The translations under genes were made by a program, and so were the position numbers. Source: a virus (lineage: Duplodnaviria > Caudoviricetes). From it: a DNA stretch of 64,000 nucleotides. This document shows positions 29,765-41,755 of the stretch, piece after piece. The stretch is taken from IMG/VR virus record IMGVR_UViG_3300029288_000077, positions 96,001 through 160,000 of that record; one strand, written 5' to 3'. The notes beneath the pieces are model-generated. The model was given only the letters and a program-made list of their open reading frames with translations. It was not told where the DNA came from and ran no database searches. How positions within the stretch are numbered: position 1 is the first letter of the stretch; each line of letters starts with the position of its first letter.

Positions 29765-31894
29765 GTGTCCACCCTCCCAGCATTTTATGTAGATAACATA
29801 AAGGTCATAGAAGACCGTACGTATGTTGTGCGTGGCAATGTCGTATCTAACTGCTATGGATCAGATGCAATTGGCATAGAAATAAAGAACTGCAACACAG
29901 TTCGAGCAAAAAATAATCGCACTCACAGAATTAGATCTGTGTTGGGTAACAGCATTGGTTTGAAAATAGTTGATTGTGAAGACGTAGTGTCAGTATACCA
30001 TGTATCTTCGCGGTGCAATGCTGGAGTGCATTTAGAAAACATAGAGAAACTATATTTTTATAACTATACGTCCCACGATTGTGACATTTGCGGCACACTC
30101 GACAACCCATCAGTGGTGTCAACATTAAGAAACATCAGTCTGTCGGTGTACGACAATGTGCCTATATTTAGAAAAGGATCTGGATTTGTGCTGTCATCAG
30201 GCAGTGTGCTTGACATTGATTACATGTACCACTACGGTATTGGTGACTTATATGTGGGCGGTTCTGTTACTGAAGGATCTAGTATAACATTAGACAAACC
30301 TATCTATGTTGATGAGGAAAACGACGATCTTACTCCGGACAATTTGTCGGTTTTGAACAATGCGGGTACGGACAACCCACTCTATGAGGCAAATCCAGAC
30401 ATAGGAGGAATAGAGAGTGAGGTTGTAGACGAACAAACCACAGACCAGGATTATTATTACAAGTTACTTGATAACACATTCTGGGACATAGGTAATCAAA
30501 GTGCGGTTGAAGTGTCGCTCATCAAAGCATTTCAAAGCAGGATTTTAGCTAATTGCGAGTTGGCTGTCAGTACAGCTAAAAGAGACTATTTTATTAAAGA
30601 CGCACAATCTTTGACTGGGTTTTCTGAGATATTTCCGTGTCAGGCATACTATTTCAACAGCTCAAAATTCAAAAAACGTGTGATGGATCTGTGGTTCAAC
30701 ACCATAAATCCTTCTACGTTGTATTCCATGAATTGTTCAATTGGTGGGTACAACCTGTTTCCATCATACTTCAAGAGAACTGAAGATGATATACGTTATT
30801 GGCTGCTAGGAAGCTCGGCAGTAAATATTGATAATATGCTTTCTAGTGTAGAAAATCTTAGGTATGGTATAACCATAGACGTGCTGGGTTTGTCAACTAT
30901 GTCTTCGATGGCTTCTGCAGAATGTTACAGCCATTTCAAGGAAACTGTGGCTGATGCCGGTCCGTTTGTGTGGACTATGCACAATGAACCACAACCCAGT
31001 GGCTATTTATTATTTACAGATATGTGGAACGACTTTGAAAGATGTACCCTAAATAAAATGTTCTACAACAATGATTTCAACATAAGTCCGGAGTCTGCCG
31101 AAGATTGTTCACTTGTTACCCCATTGTTGATTACAGGAGCAAATCCCATTTCTGGATCCGTAACTCTTGGGCCTGCTCCATCAGGCGGAGGAGATGTAGA
31201 GCTTTCTTTGTTAGACCGTATTTGGGGCGAGTCTCTGAACAGACAAGCCCATTACAGACTTGGGGATTCAGAACCATCTATGGGTTCGTGGAATGAATTG
31301 GACAATGTTATAGGAAAAACGATATCAATCAATAACAGATACATACAATTTCGAATAAACGTGTCCGACTTGAAAAGAAAAGATGATTATGAATTTATGG
31401 GATTGTGTTTACGACCACTACAAAACAGACGTGTGTGGTCAGAACCACAAGAATATACACAAAGTTACATAGAAATAGTGCCTGGCGAGTGCTGTTTTGA
31501 TAAGACCAATCCTCCTATTTTAGACGAGGGTGGTATTAGGTTCTCGGATGATGGTGTTCCGCATATTTGTGGATGGAGTTATTTTGTGCCGAAAGAAATA
31601 AGAGAGAGTGCGTCTGAACTTATTCTGATGATTTCTTCTGCTGGGTTGGGTGATTTGTATATGCAATATTCAATAATTACTTTATTGAATACCGGTTTTA
31701 TGGGTGCATCGTTGGTGTCTAATTTTATACAAAATTTCGATGGTGTTGGCTTCTTCAAAACCGTGAAAATAAATATGAGTGGCTTGTTTAATAATGCAAC
31801 TACGCATATTATACTATTGCTAACTCGTGATTCTACGAACATAAACGACACACTCAACGGAAATGCTACTATGTTGCTTGGGAAAATAGAATAG
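29765..31894 (+). CDS. Baseplate wedge/tail protein with beta-helix N-terminus
   Basis: Beta-helix repeats, D.DL.P.....NAG.....DIG cap, RYIQFRI. Confidence 0.55.
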   Translation: MSTLPAFYVDNIKVIEDRTYVVRGNVVSNCYGSDAIGIEIKNCNTVRAKNNRTHRIRSVLGNSIGLKIVDCEDVVSVYHVSSRCNAGVHLENIEKLYFYNYTSHDCDICGTLDNPSVVSTLRNISLSVYDNVPIFRKGSGFVLSSGSVLDIDYMYHYGIGDLYVGGSVTEGSSITLDKPIYVDEENDDLTPDNLSVLNNAGTDNPLYEANPDIGGIESEVVDEQTTDQDYYYKLLDNTFWDIGNQSAVEVSLIKAFQSRILANCELAVSTAKRDYFIKDAQSLTGFSEIFPCQAYYFNSSKFKKRVMDLWFNTINPSTLYSMNCSIGGYNLFPSYFKRTEDDIRYWLLGSSAVNIDNMLSSVENLRYGITIDVLGLSTMSSMASAECYSHFKETVADAGPFVWTMHNEPQPSGYLLFTDMWNDFERCTLNKMFYNNDFNISPESAEDCSLVTPLLITGANPISGSVTLGPAPSGGGDVELSLLDRIWGESLNRQAHYRLGDSEPSMGSWNELDNVIGKTISINNRYIQFRINVSDLKRKDDYEFMGLCLRPLQNRRVWSEPQEYTQSYIEIVPGECCFDKTNPPILDEGGIRFSDDGVPHICGWSYFVPKEIRESASELILMISSAGLGDLYMQYSIITLLNTGFMGASLVSNFIQNFDGVGFFKTVKINMSGLFNNATTHIILLLTRDSTNINDTLNGNATMLLGKIE

Positions 31895-31903
31895 GAATAA
31901 TGA

Positions 31904-32350
31904 ATGCCCGCGAAATTGGAACTTGTTCCTGGTGCTGCTGGTATGGACGGCACCAACCCCGCCACACAGGATGCACAAGATATAATTTTTGAGGGGGACA
32001 ACGCAGATCACATATGTGGTTGGGTTAAATATGTATCTCCCGAGTTGAGGCTTCTCATTAGTAAAATCCTGCGGTTGGGGTTTGGGTATGATGGTGCAGT
32101 TGGTACCGCTAGGTTTGATATTACTGTTGCCACTTTTGATGCGGAAGGTAACTTGACGGGGTTTACCGTTGTTCCGTTTTATGTGTCAATTTCGAATGTT
32201 CCTAATTACATATTTTGGGGAGTGTTTGATTTAACGAATTACATACATGACAATGATGTGGTGGTGTTCATACTAATGAACAGAAATTCATCAAACCCAG
32301 GTGATACACTTAACGGTGATATACGATTCTTTCACGGGTACGTGGAGTAA
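31904..32350 (+). CDS. Paralogue of the C-terminal domain of 29765..31894
   Basis: Shared E.VPG..D.TNP, HICGW, R.S.N..DTLNG. Confidence 0.65.
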   Translation: MPAKLELVPGAAGMDGTNPATQDAQDIIFEGDNADHICGWVKYVSPELRLLISKILRLGFGYDGAVGTARFDITVATFDAEGNLTGFTVVPFYVSISNVPNYIFWGVFDLTNYIHDNDVVVFILMNRNSSNPGDTLNGDIRFFHGYVE

Positions 32351-32356
32351 TAAATC

Positions 32357-35300
32357 ATGAAACGTGCAGAATATTTTAATAAGACCATACCAACCGAAGA
32401 TCAGCTTAATTATACAGAAGATTCAAAAGTAAGTGCGTTGTTGGAGCGACTGCGTTCTGACTCCCAGTTGGGCGTGGTAAATGGGTTTATAGTAACAGTA
32501 AACCCAGTTGATTCAACATTGATAGATGTTGGTCCGGGTGAAGGGTACACAGGCGGGAAATACCGTCAATTAGATATAAAGGGTGAATACTCCGGAGAAA
32601 GAATATCTACCATCAATGATTCTACTTCTGGAAGTACAAATTTTTACACAGTACAAGGACAGGCACTAGCATCTTATGTGGCAGGCATAAAGAACTATGT
32701 TTCACTGGTATATGCAGAGGTTGAAGATACAGCACTAGCAGAAATCGACTATCCGTTCACACCGCACAATACAATAGTTAGAGACAGCTTTTCTGTATCA
32801 GTACTTGCAGAAACTGATTGGAACTTACTATCACTAAATGAAAAACGAAGACGTTTTCTTGTAGCTATAATAACAGCCAATGGGGCTGGTGTGCCGTTAA
32901 CAGCTTCTAGTATCCAACAAGTGGTACAACCGAAGAGCCACCCTACGCCCACGCAGCCTTCAAATGTGTCTGGTGCCATAATTACATCATTATCACAAGA
33001 AACATTAATAGGTGCCGGTACACTAAGATATGAATCAAGTACTAAAAAGTTGTATTGGACAGCACCAGGAAGTACAGAAGGAGCAGGTGTTACAGTAACT
33101 TCTTCTGGCTCGTTTACTTTATACTCTTTCGATGTAATTTACTGGATCACTGTTGAAGTTACGTACGCCTCTCTTCCGGCCGGTGACGAAACAGACTCAA
33201 TTGACATAATATCATTATATGGTAGTATTATACCGCGTTTTAGTGCAGTTGATTCAGTGCACCGTGATATGGTTGGTTCTGGTGTGCCCACACTCAGCAA
33301 CCCACACGGCATGACTATTGATGATTTGCCGGGTGGTGGATTTGACCACGCGGACTTATTTCACAGAAATGGTATTTCGTATGACTCCGATCCAGCACAG
33401 TTAGAATGCATCATAAACCCAGATCCTGGTGTGGATGAAATACTGATTAATAACCTTGGAGGGTTCGACAACAGTTTCTTGGTAGATGGTCGTGTGTATG
33501 AAGTGGTGGAGGGCGTGCCTGCGGGTACGGATGCTGTGCTGTCTTTTGATACTGTACCGTCTCCGGACAGTGGAGAGTATCTGATTTATTTAGACAGTGC
33601 TGGGTCGCTGCATAGTGTCAAAATTGGTGAAGTGTTGTGGGATGCTAATATTTATATTGTTGACATGTCCAACAAAACCCCCGGCAACGCTACTATTACG
33701 TGGAATGCTATTGGTAATGTACTTACTTATCAAGCCCCCGGTGATGGAGCACCGGGCGCTGCTGTTAGAATAACTGGATTTGCGTCCCCTACCGATCCTC
33801 AGCTTTATAAATTATACTCTAGCGATCTTGATAATTGGGTGATAGTAGAGATGATCGGTTCTGTTGGGTTAAATAACTCAACCACATTTGATACTGATAA
33901 AAACAATACCACCAATGATAATGAAGTAATATTGAAGCTTGCGGTGGTGGGGTGGGATGCAGTAACCGAAACCCTGTCAAATGTACGTGATATCAGGAGA
34001 TTTTTTACCGCAGACATTGGTTTTCAATTTGAGGAAGAACATGATTCTGATGGTTCACACACAAAAGTGCTGCAAAATACTCTAAGATTGGTGAATACCA
34101 CTAACCCCACAATACGTGCCATAGCTGAATCTGTAGTAATCTCAGCTTATGCAGATGATTCTACTGCTGTTTATGGAGCTGCGTATGACAGTTATGGTGT
34201 GTATGGTTTGGCGGGGGGATCATACGGAGTATTTGGTAGTGCTGGAGGAGCATACGGAGTATGTGGAAAAGCTAGTAGTTATGGTGTGTATGGAACCGCT
34301 AGCAATTATGGGGTCTACGGCTCAGCAAACGGAAATATACCAATAGGACACGTAATAGGCGTATACGGATCTGCAGTTAATGTAGGTGCGCCCAATAGTG
34401 CTGTTGGTGCTGTTGGAAATGCCGCTGGTGTCAATGCAACGGGTGTGGCAGGCTACGCTGCCAATGGAACAGGTGTTTACGGATCTGGAGATGTTTATGG
34501 TATTTACGGTACCGCTGCTGAATACGCTATTAGGGGTGTGGCTGCACAAAGCCACGCTGTGTGGGCTTCTGCTCCACAATCAGCCATACATGCTCGCGCC
34601 GGTCAATACGCGGTATGGGGCAGTGCCAACTCGAACTCTGTTGGTAATATATACGGTGTGTTCGGGTCTGCTGTAAACGGATTAAACGCACACCTAGCAG
34701 TGGGTGTAATTGGACAGGCTGGTGGTGTTGCAGCAACTGGTGTATTTGGAAGTGCAGCACAAGGTAGGGGTGTGGTTGGCATTGGTGTTGTAGGAGTATA
34801 CGGGTCAGCAAACACCAATGGAGTATACGGGAAAGCATTAGTTGAACAGGGTGTGTATGGAGAAGCGGTTACTGCAGGCGTATACGGATTTGCGAGTACC
34901 TATGGTGTATATGGAGAATCGGATGATGATTACGGTGTGTACGGTACGGCTTTAGTAAGCTACGGTGTTTTGGGCAAAGCAGCCACGGTTGGAGTAAAGG
35001 GGATAGCATCAACATATGGTGTATACGGGGAAGCAGACACCTACGGTGTCTATGGATTGGGTGGTGATAGTTATGGTGTGTATGGTCAGGCAGCAACTAT
35101 TGGGGTTATGGGAAAGGCTACTGGTATTAATTCACGCGGTGTTAGGGGCGTGTGTACTGCCGCTGGTGGTTATGGCGTAGAAGGGGTAGGAGACTCTGTT
35201 GGGGTGTTCGGTGATGGTGATGCCGGTGGGTGGTTTGAAGGAGATACCTTTGGTGTAGTGATAAGCAACACAGCAAGTTTCATTGTGGCGTTACAAGGCG

Positions 35301-35410
35301 GTGCTGTAAGTATTGCCGGTGCTGCAGTCCCGGCATCCGCTACATTCATGCCAATAGTGGCAAATGGTGGAAATACATACCTTGTAGCTTTATTTGCGGT
35401 TCCACCCTAA
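32357..35410 (+). CDS. Tail fibre protein
   Basis: N-terminal GVVNG..V.......V.PG.GY baseplate anchor; C-terminal (Y)GVYG repeats. Confidence 0.75.
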   Translation: MKRAEYFNKTIPTEDQLNYTEDSKVSALLERLRSDSQLGVVNGFIVTVNPVDSTLIDVGPGEGYTGGKYRQLDIKGEYSGERISTINDSTSGSTNFYTVQGQALASYVAGIKNYVSLVYAEVEDTALAEIDYPFTPHNTIVRDSFSVSVLAETDWNLLSLNEKRRRFLVAIITANGAGVPLTASSIQQVVQPKSHPTPTQPSNVSGAIITSLSQETLIGAGTLRYESSTKKLYWTAPGSTEGAGVTVTSSGSFTLYSFDVIYWITVEVTYASLPAGDETDSIDIISLYGSIIPRFSAVDSVHRDMVGSGVPTLSNPHGMTIDDLPGGGFDHADLFHRNGISYDSDPAQLECIINPDPGVDEILINNLGGFDNSFLVDGRVYEVVEGVPAGTDAVLSFDTVPSPDSGEYLIYLDSAGSLHSVKIGEVLWDANIYIVDMSNKTPGNATITWNAIGNVLTYQAPGDGAPGAAVRITGFASPTDPQLYKLYSSDLDNWVIVEMIGSVGLNNSTTFDTDKNNTTNDNEVILKLAVVGWDAVTETLSNVRDIRRFFTADIGFQFEEEHDSDGSHTKVLQNTLRLVNTTNPTIRAIAESVVISAYADDSTAVYGAAYDSYGVYGLAGGSYGVFGSAGGAYGVCGKASSYGVYGTASNYGVYGSANGNIPIGHVIGVYGSAVNVGAPNSAVGAVGNAAGVNATGVAGYAANGTGVYGSGDVYGIYGTAAEYAIRGVAAQSHAVWASAPQSAIHARAGQYAVWGSANSNSVGNIYGVFGSAVNGLNAHLAVGVIGQAGGVAATGVFGSAAQGRGVVGIGVVGVYGSANTNGVYGKALVEQGVYGEAVTAGVYGFASTYGVYGESDDDYGVYGTALVSYGVLGKAATVGVKGIASTYGVYGEADTYGVYGLGGDSYGVYGQAATIGVMGKATGINSRGVRGVCTAAGGYGVEGVGDSVGVFGDGDAGGWFEGDTFGVVISNTASFIVALQGGAVSIAGAAVPASATFMPIVANGGNTYLVALFAVPP

Positions 35411-35421
35411 TTCATAATGAT

Positions 35422-36012
35422 TTATGAACAGTTGCTGTTGCAGTATTCGCTGCACACCGTCTGTTCGCATTTGTTTGCCTGATCTTCTTTGTACGTCTCT
35501 TTGTTGATACCGTTTCTTTTCACCAACATCAGAAAAAACGGATTACCGCAGTCAACTCTGTTTTCTTCACAGCCCCCAAATCCATCATTAAGTTCCTGAT
35601 TGTAATCAAAAAACGGACCATTGCTCAGACAACAACATGTGCTGCACTCATTACTCATGCCTCCGCACGCTTCGTTCCTCCCAGCAGTATATTCCTTTGT
35701 ATACTGAATGCATGTTTCCGTGCACGTTCCATTTACACAAACGTTGAAATCACCGCAGTCCTGGTCATACATACAGGCGTCGCCGGTGCTGGAATCATAT
35801 TGACGTGCATCGAATGTACATGAATAGGTGCCGTCTGAAAGCACAGAACAGTCGTTTTTGTTGTAACAGAACACCATTCCGGTGTCAAAGTCACTCAAAC
35901 ACAACTCTGAATCACCGCCGCACCCATTCAGGCTGATGATTGCCCAGGCCACCAGCACGGCCAGGATCATGAAACAAACGGCGTAAAGGATCTCTCTAAA
36001 AAATTCCTTCAT
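35422..36012 (-). CDS. Cys-rich lipoprotein
   Basis: Hydrophobic leader + LNGC lipobox-like motif; C..D.DC....VC..G.C; own promoter and AGGAGG RBS. Confidence 0.7.
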   Translation of the reverse strand: MKEFFREILYAVCFMILAVLVAWAIISLNGCGGDSELCLSDFDTGMVFCYNKNDCSVLSDGTYSCTFDARQYDSSTGDACMYDQDCGDFNVCVNGTCTETCIQYTKEYTAGRNEACGGMSNECSTCCCLSNGPFFDYNQELNDGFGGCEENRVDCGNPFFLMLVKRNGINKETYKEDQANKCEQTVCSEYCNSNCS

Positions 36013-36032
36013 TTGAGTGACCTCCTACCCAC

Positions 36033-36061
36033 ATTCTACCACAGCTATAATATCCTGTCAA
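36033..36061 (-). promoter_or_regulatory. Repeated sigma70 promoter, copy 1
   Basis: TTGACA-GGATATTATAGCTGTGG-TAGAAT. Confidence 0.85.
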
Positions 36062-36077
36062 GTATCAAAACGTATAG

Positions 36078-36278
36078 TCATGTATGGTCATTGTTGTACT
36101 GTTCTGAGCATTCTGGGCAATAATACTCCGCATCAACGGTACCTGGGTGGGGTAATCTACACCAACCAGCATTTACTGCGGCACGTATAACGCCATTAGG
36201 CAGAATACCTTCAAAGATCTGTGATTTTCCGCACTTATCACAAACCACAACAAGCGTAATTTGCAGAGTTGCTGTCAT
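36078..36278 (-). CDS. Small Zn-ribbon protein
   Basis: CDKC...AGW...YCPEC. Confidence 0.6.
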   Translation of the reverse strand: MTATLQITLVVVCDKCGKSQIFEGILPNGVIRAAVNAGWCRLPHPGTVDAEYYCPECSEQYNNDHT

Positions 36279-36293
36279 ACTTGGAAAAGGAAA

Positions 36294-36482
36294 TTACACG
36301 CATTTGCATCCGAGTGATTTGGCCTGCAGGATTTCGTGCAGTTCTTCGATCTTCTCTTTGGCTTGTTCCAGTTCTTGTTCCAGAGATGAATTTGATTCTC
36401 GAAGACGGATAATTTCCTTTTGTAGACGTACGATTTCCTCATCCGCTTTTGACATCAGCGCTGCGTCAACTTGAAGGCCCAT
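36294..36482 (-). CDS. Small coiled-coil protein
   Basis: AAGGAG RBS; heptad pattern. Confidence 0.55.
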   Translation of the reverse strand: MGLQVDAALMSKADEEIVRLQKEIIRLRESNSSLEQELEQAKEKIEELHEILQAKSLGCKCV

Positions 36483-36494
36483 AGATATCTCCTT

Positions 36495-37898
36495 TCAAAT
36501 CTGGAAGATGGTTTCCTTGATGTGCTCAGTGTTGTTGAGATCGGAAGCGTCAATCGACCACAGCTTGTCGGACAGGGACTTGAGGTCGTCGCCGTCTGCG
36601 GGTACACCACCAATGACCACAGAAAAGAGCCTGGCACCCAACTTCTTCTTGGTATTAGAGAGTGCTTCCTTATCGGGGATGTTGCACAAACCGTCTGTGA
36701 TGAACACAATGTCGGCTTTGGACATGGAAACGTTCTCCGTAACAGAGGAGAATGCCTTTCCAAGGGCTGACGAAAAATCTGTGCCTCCGCCGAAAAACAT
36801 TTCCATGCACTTGAGCAAATCCTCGGTGTTGAATGGAGAGGTGAACTCCTGCTCGTGTCTGACGCACTCCGAGAAGTGGATGATGCGGAAAGCGCGCTTT
36901 TGCTTAGAGGCCACGAAAGCCATCGCAAGTCCTACTGCTTTTGACCAGATCTCGGGTGCCCCTACCATGGAACCACTGTTGTCGATGCACACGACGATGG
37001 GACCCTTCTTCTCGGTGATGTGCTCGTCGAGCCGGTACTGTACCAGCCCCTTCTCCAGGTACCTCTTGAAGAAATCGAGTTCGAGATCCCCAGCCACCAG
37101 TTTCATGGCCTCAGCGGGGATCAACCGGCCGATGTCATTGCCCATCTCGATGTCGGTGATTTCATCGGGTCCCGGCTGCTTCTTGTTGGCCTGGTGCTTC
37201 TCCGCTTCGTTCTTGAAGCGACCAGCCATTTCCATGATCTGCTTCAGCTTGGCGCTGTTGCGGATCATTTCCATGACGCGCAGCTTCTGCTGGTCGCCGG
37301 TTAAAGAAGCCGCCCCGGAAGTCGAATTGTCATATCCAAAGACGGAGTTTGCTTCGCTGGCATCGTCAAGGGCTTCCTTGGCCTTTCCGAGCCCACGGCG
37401 GATTGCCTGGCGCACCTGGTAGCCATCCAGGTTATTGATGGCCTCAGACCACGCTTTCTTTGAATTGGCCAACTCCTGCTCCAGCTTTTCCTTGGTAACT
37501 TGGTAGTTGGGCCGATCCTGCATGTCTTCCAGGCCGTTCAGATCCCTTTCCACGTCCTTGGGATTGCGATCTTCCATCTTGGGCAGGGTACTGAGGATCT
37601 GCTCGGACAAAACGGAGGTGCCAAGGCCAGACTGGAAGGAATCAAACACCGTGCCTTGGCTGCGAATATCCTTCCACTCCTTCATGCCGCGCATCTCGTT
37701 GAACACCTTGGATGCCCACTCAGGAGAAGGATTATCAAAGTCGGGGTTGGACTGGAATAGGCTACCAAACACACCGGCTTGGAAGTCCCTGAAGTCCGAG
37801 TAACCCTTCGAGACACCACTGTTTTCCACCGTCTTCAGGCCACCGTGCGCCTCGAAGAAGTTGTCAAAGGACATCTTTTCCCAGGAGGAAAGCTTCAT
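36495..37898 (-). CDS. VWA domain protein (ViaA/CoxE-like)
   Basis: MIDAS DNSGSM, GGGTDF, FITDG; GNDI.RL.P.E. Start reassigned to ATG 37898. Confidence 0.9.
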   Translation of the reverse strand: MKLSSWEKMSFDNFFEAHGGLKTVENSGVSKGYSDFRDFQAGVFGSLFQSNPDFDNPSPEWASKVFNEMRGMKEWKDIRSQGTVFDSFQSGLGTSVLSEQILSTLPKMEDRNPKDVERDLNGLEDMQDRPNYQVTKEKLEQELANSKKAWSEAINNLDGYQVRQAIRRGLGKAKEALDDASEANSVFGYDNSTSGAASLTGDQQKLRVMEMIRNSAKLKQIMEMAGRFKNEAEKHQANKKQPGPDEITDIEMGNDIGRLIPAEAMKLVAGDLELDFFKRYLEKGLVQYRLDEHITEKKGPIVVCIDNSGSMVGAPEIWSKAVGLAMAFVASKQKRAFRIIHFSECVRHEQEFTSPFNTEDLLKCMEMFFGGGTDFSSALGKAFSSVTENVSMSKADIVFITDGLCNIPDKEALSNTKKKLGARLFSVVIGGVPADGDDLKSLSDKLWSIDASDLNNTEHIKETIFQI

Positions 37899-37908
37899 GA
37901 CAGCACCC

Positions 37909-40056
<2,148 letters not shown>

Positions 40057-40091
40057 GCGAACCTCCTAATTGAAAACTTGATCCTAAGACC

Positions 40092-40120
40092 ATTATACCA
40101 CAGCTATAATACGCTGTCAA
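40092..40120 (-). promoter_or_regulatory. Repeated sigma70 promoter, copy 2
   Basis: TTGACA-GCGTATTATAGCTGTGG-TATAAT, perfect consensus. Confidence 0.9.
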
Positions 40121-40170
40121 GTATTTCGAACAAACGACGACGTATGGTCATGTATGGTAAATAAGACGGT

Positions 40171-40467
40171 TTACCCGATCAACAACTTGGCGTGTTCTTT
40201 TAGTGCTTCATTGAATGTGCCTGAAGCAATAAGATTACATGAACACTTGTTTGATACCAGTGGTGAAATATCGACTTTGTAGATGTCCACTTCAAACTCA
40301 GAATAAAAGTTTGGATCCAAAGCCCTTTTCTTTTTAACCAAATCCTCGCGCATTAGCATATGATCTGGGTATGTTAATACTTCACGGTGTAGAAGTGTTG
40401 GACCAAACTTGGGTTTATCGGTTTGGGTGATGATTACCATCAAGAAAGAAGCGTTATTTAGATCCAT
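40171..40467 (-). CDS. Hypothetical protein
   Basis: ORF in a packed minus-strand run. Confidence 0.5.
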   Translation of the reverse strand: MDLNNASFLMVIITQTDKPKFGPTLLHREVLTYPDHMLMREDLVKKKRALDPNFYSEFEVDIYKVDISPLVSNKCSCNLIASGTFNEALKEHAKLLIG

Positions 40468-40557
40468 TTTGTGTACTACCCTTTCTGGTAACTACTTTGC
40501 TGTAGATTATCAAAATGGTCAACAGTATCCCGATACCAGTATGCACAAATTCGCTCA

Positions 40558-40830
40558 TCAGAACAGCTTCTTGCCGCTGATTCTGAATTTGACTGTGCCG
40601 TTGTCCAGGGTAAATTCGCATAACATTTCCTTGCAATTAGTCTTGTTGCCGTACTGCTTTTCGTCCAACACCTTCCAATGTCCGTGTACGGTACACCCAG
40701 CCACAAACCTGCTTCTGATTTTCTCAGCCTCTGCGAAAAATTGATCCCACGAAGGATCCTTTTCAAGTGCAATACGCTCGTGAAGAAAACCCTCAGTGTC
40801 ACGCACTTCGTACACAGCCTTAGTAATCAT
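40558..40830 (-). CDS. Hypothetical protein
   Basis: GGAGAAGG RBS. Confidence 0.55.
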   Translation of the reverse strand: MITKAVYEVRDTEGFLHERIALEKDPSWDQFFAEAEKIRSRFVAGCTVHGHWKVLDEKQYGNKTNCKEMLCEFTLDNGTVKFRISGKKLF

Positions 40831-40857
40831 ATTCCTTCTCCTGTGATAGTATGAGTT

Positions 40858-41088
40858 TTATTCCTCTGTGAAATGTCCGGGTGACTGCAATTGACTGTGG
40901 AGTCGGAGTATTCTTTCTTTGTCTTCGGGCTTTACTTCCACGTCTTTGTAAAAACACGTTGAAGCAATTGAATCTAGTGCGCGTGGGTACGATACGGATT
41001 GCAGGTAGTATCCTGCATTTTCTTGGCAACATACTCCATATTCAACCAAACAACGTTCTAGAAAATCTTTTAATGTTTCCGCTTTCAC
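40858..41088 (-). CDS. Hypothetical protein
   Basis: ORF in a packed run. Confidence 0.45.
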   Translation of the reverse strand: MKAETLKDFLERCLVEYGVCCQENAGYYLQSVSYPRALDSIASTCFYKDVEVKPEDKERILRLHSQLQSPGHFTEE

Positions 41089-41091
41089 AGT

Positions 41092-41310
41092 TTACCACCC
41101 CACATTTCTATGTCCAGTGGTTTTGCTGTATACTTGGTTTCCGTATTCATCCCAAACGGCGTCAATTTCGTAACCATAAAAGGTTCCGTGTTTCTTGAGG
41201 TACTTCTCTTCTGCTGCGTGCATGGCATCCACGGTGTTTTCAGCACGTACACGCACCTGTGATTTGCACTCACCGTCAGTTTCCTTGAACTTGACTGTGT
41301 ATAGATTCAT
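41092..41310 (-). CDS. Hypothetical protein
   Basis: AGGAG RBS; V.AEN..DA...A motif common in small phage proteins. Confidence 0.55.
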   Translation of the reverse strand: MNLYTVKFKETDGECKSQVRVRAENTVDAMHAAEEKYLKKHGTFYGYEIDAVWDEYGNQVYSKTTGHRNVGW

Positions 41311-41341
41311 ACGCTTTCTCCTTTGCGTATTCTTTATTGTA

Positions 41342-41414
41342 TGGGACCGGTGGGATTCGGACCCACATTCCCTTGATTAAAAGTCAAGTGCGTTACCAAT
41401 TGCGCCACGGTCCC
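41342..41414 (-). tRNA. tRNA-Lys(UUU), CCA not encoded
   Basis: Acceptor GGGACCG/CGGTCCC-A, anticodon arm CTTGA-CTTTTAA-TCAAG, T arm GTGGG-TCCGAAT-CCCAC. Confidence 0.92.
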
Positions 41415-41461
41415 GTATTACCAAAGATCAACAACATTTGTATTATACTGCGAGGAGTGTG

Positions 41462-41755
41462 TCAGTAAATCGGTTTGGTCCAGTCTGGTGTGGTGCCGGT
41501 ATTCTCCATTTCTTCGATCTCATCATCCTCCATATCCAACCATTCGTTGTCATGAAAGATTTGTATTCTGCCCGCATTGCAGTAATCAGGCTTGATGTTG
41601 TGCTGGAGCTGGAAAAGATCGTAATCACCCAGCACACTGAGCAACAGCCTGGCATCCCTGATGCTGCTTACAGGGACCTCGAATCCCTCCATGGGCACCT
41701 GTGGGATCCACCAAATCCTCAGATCTCCCTCTGCAGGTTCGTGCTTTGTAGCCAT
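41462..41755 (-). CDS. P22 gp17-like protein (often annotated superinfection exclusion protein)
   Basis: LRIWWIPQVPM..F.V.V...YDLFQ...IKPDYCNA. Confidence 0.75.
   Translation of the reverse strand: MATKHEPAEGDLRIWWIPQVPMEGFEVPVSSIRDARLLLSVLGDYDLFQLQHNIKPDYCNAGRIQIFHDNEWLDMEDDEIEEMENTGTTPDWTKPIY

Noticed and set aside
34150-35410. Diversity-generating retroelement target in the fibre tip
   Set aside because: No reverse transcriptase and no adenine-variant template repeat seen in the window.
14276-35410. Bacterial eCIS or tailocin instead of a phage tail
   Set aside because: Neck-like gene, frameshifted chaperone and surrounding phage-type genes favour a phage, although no capsid gene is in view.
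36508-37422. 304-aa plus-strand ORF and other long antisense ORFs nearby
   Set aside because: Shadow frames of GC3-rich genes; no motifs or RBS.
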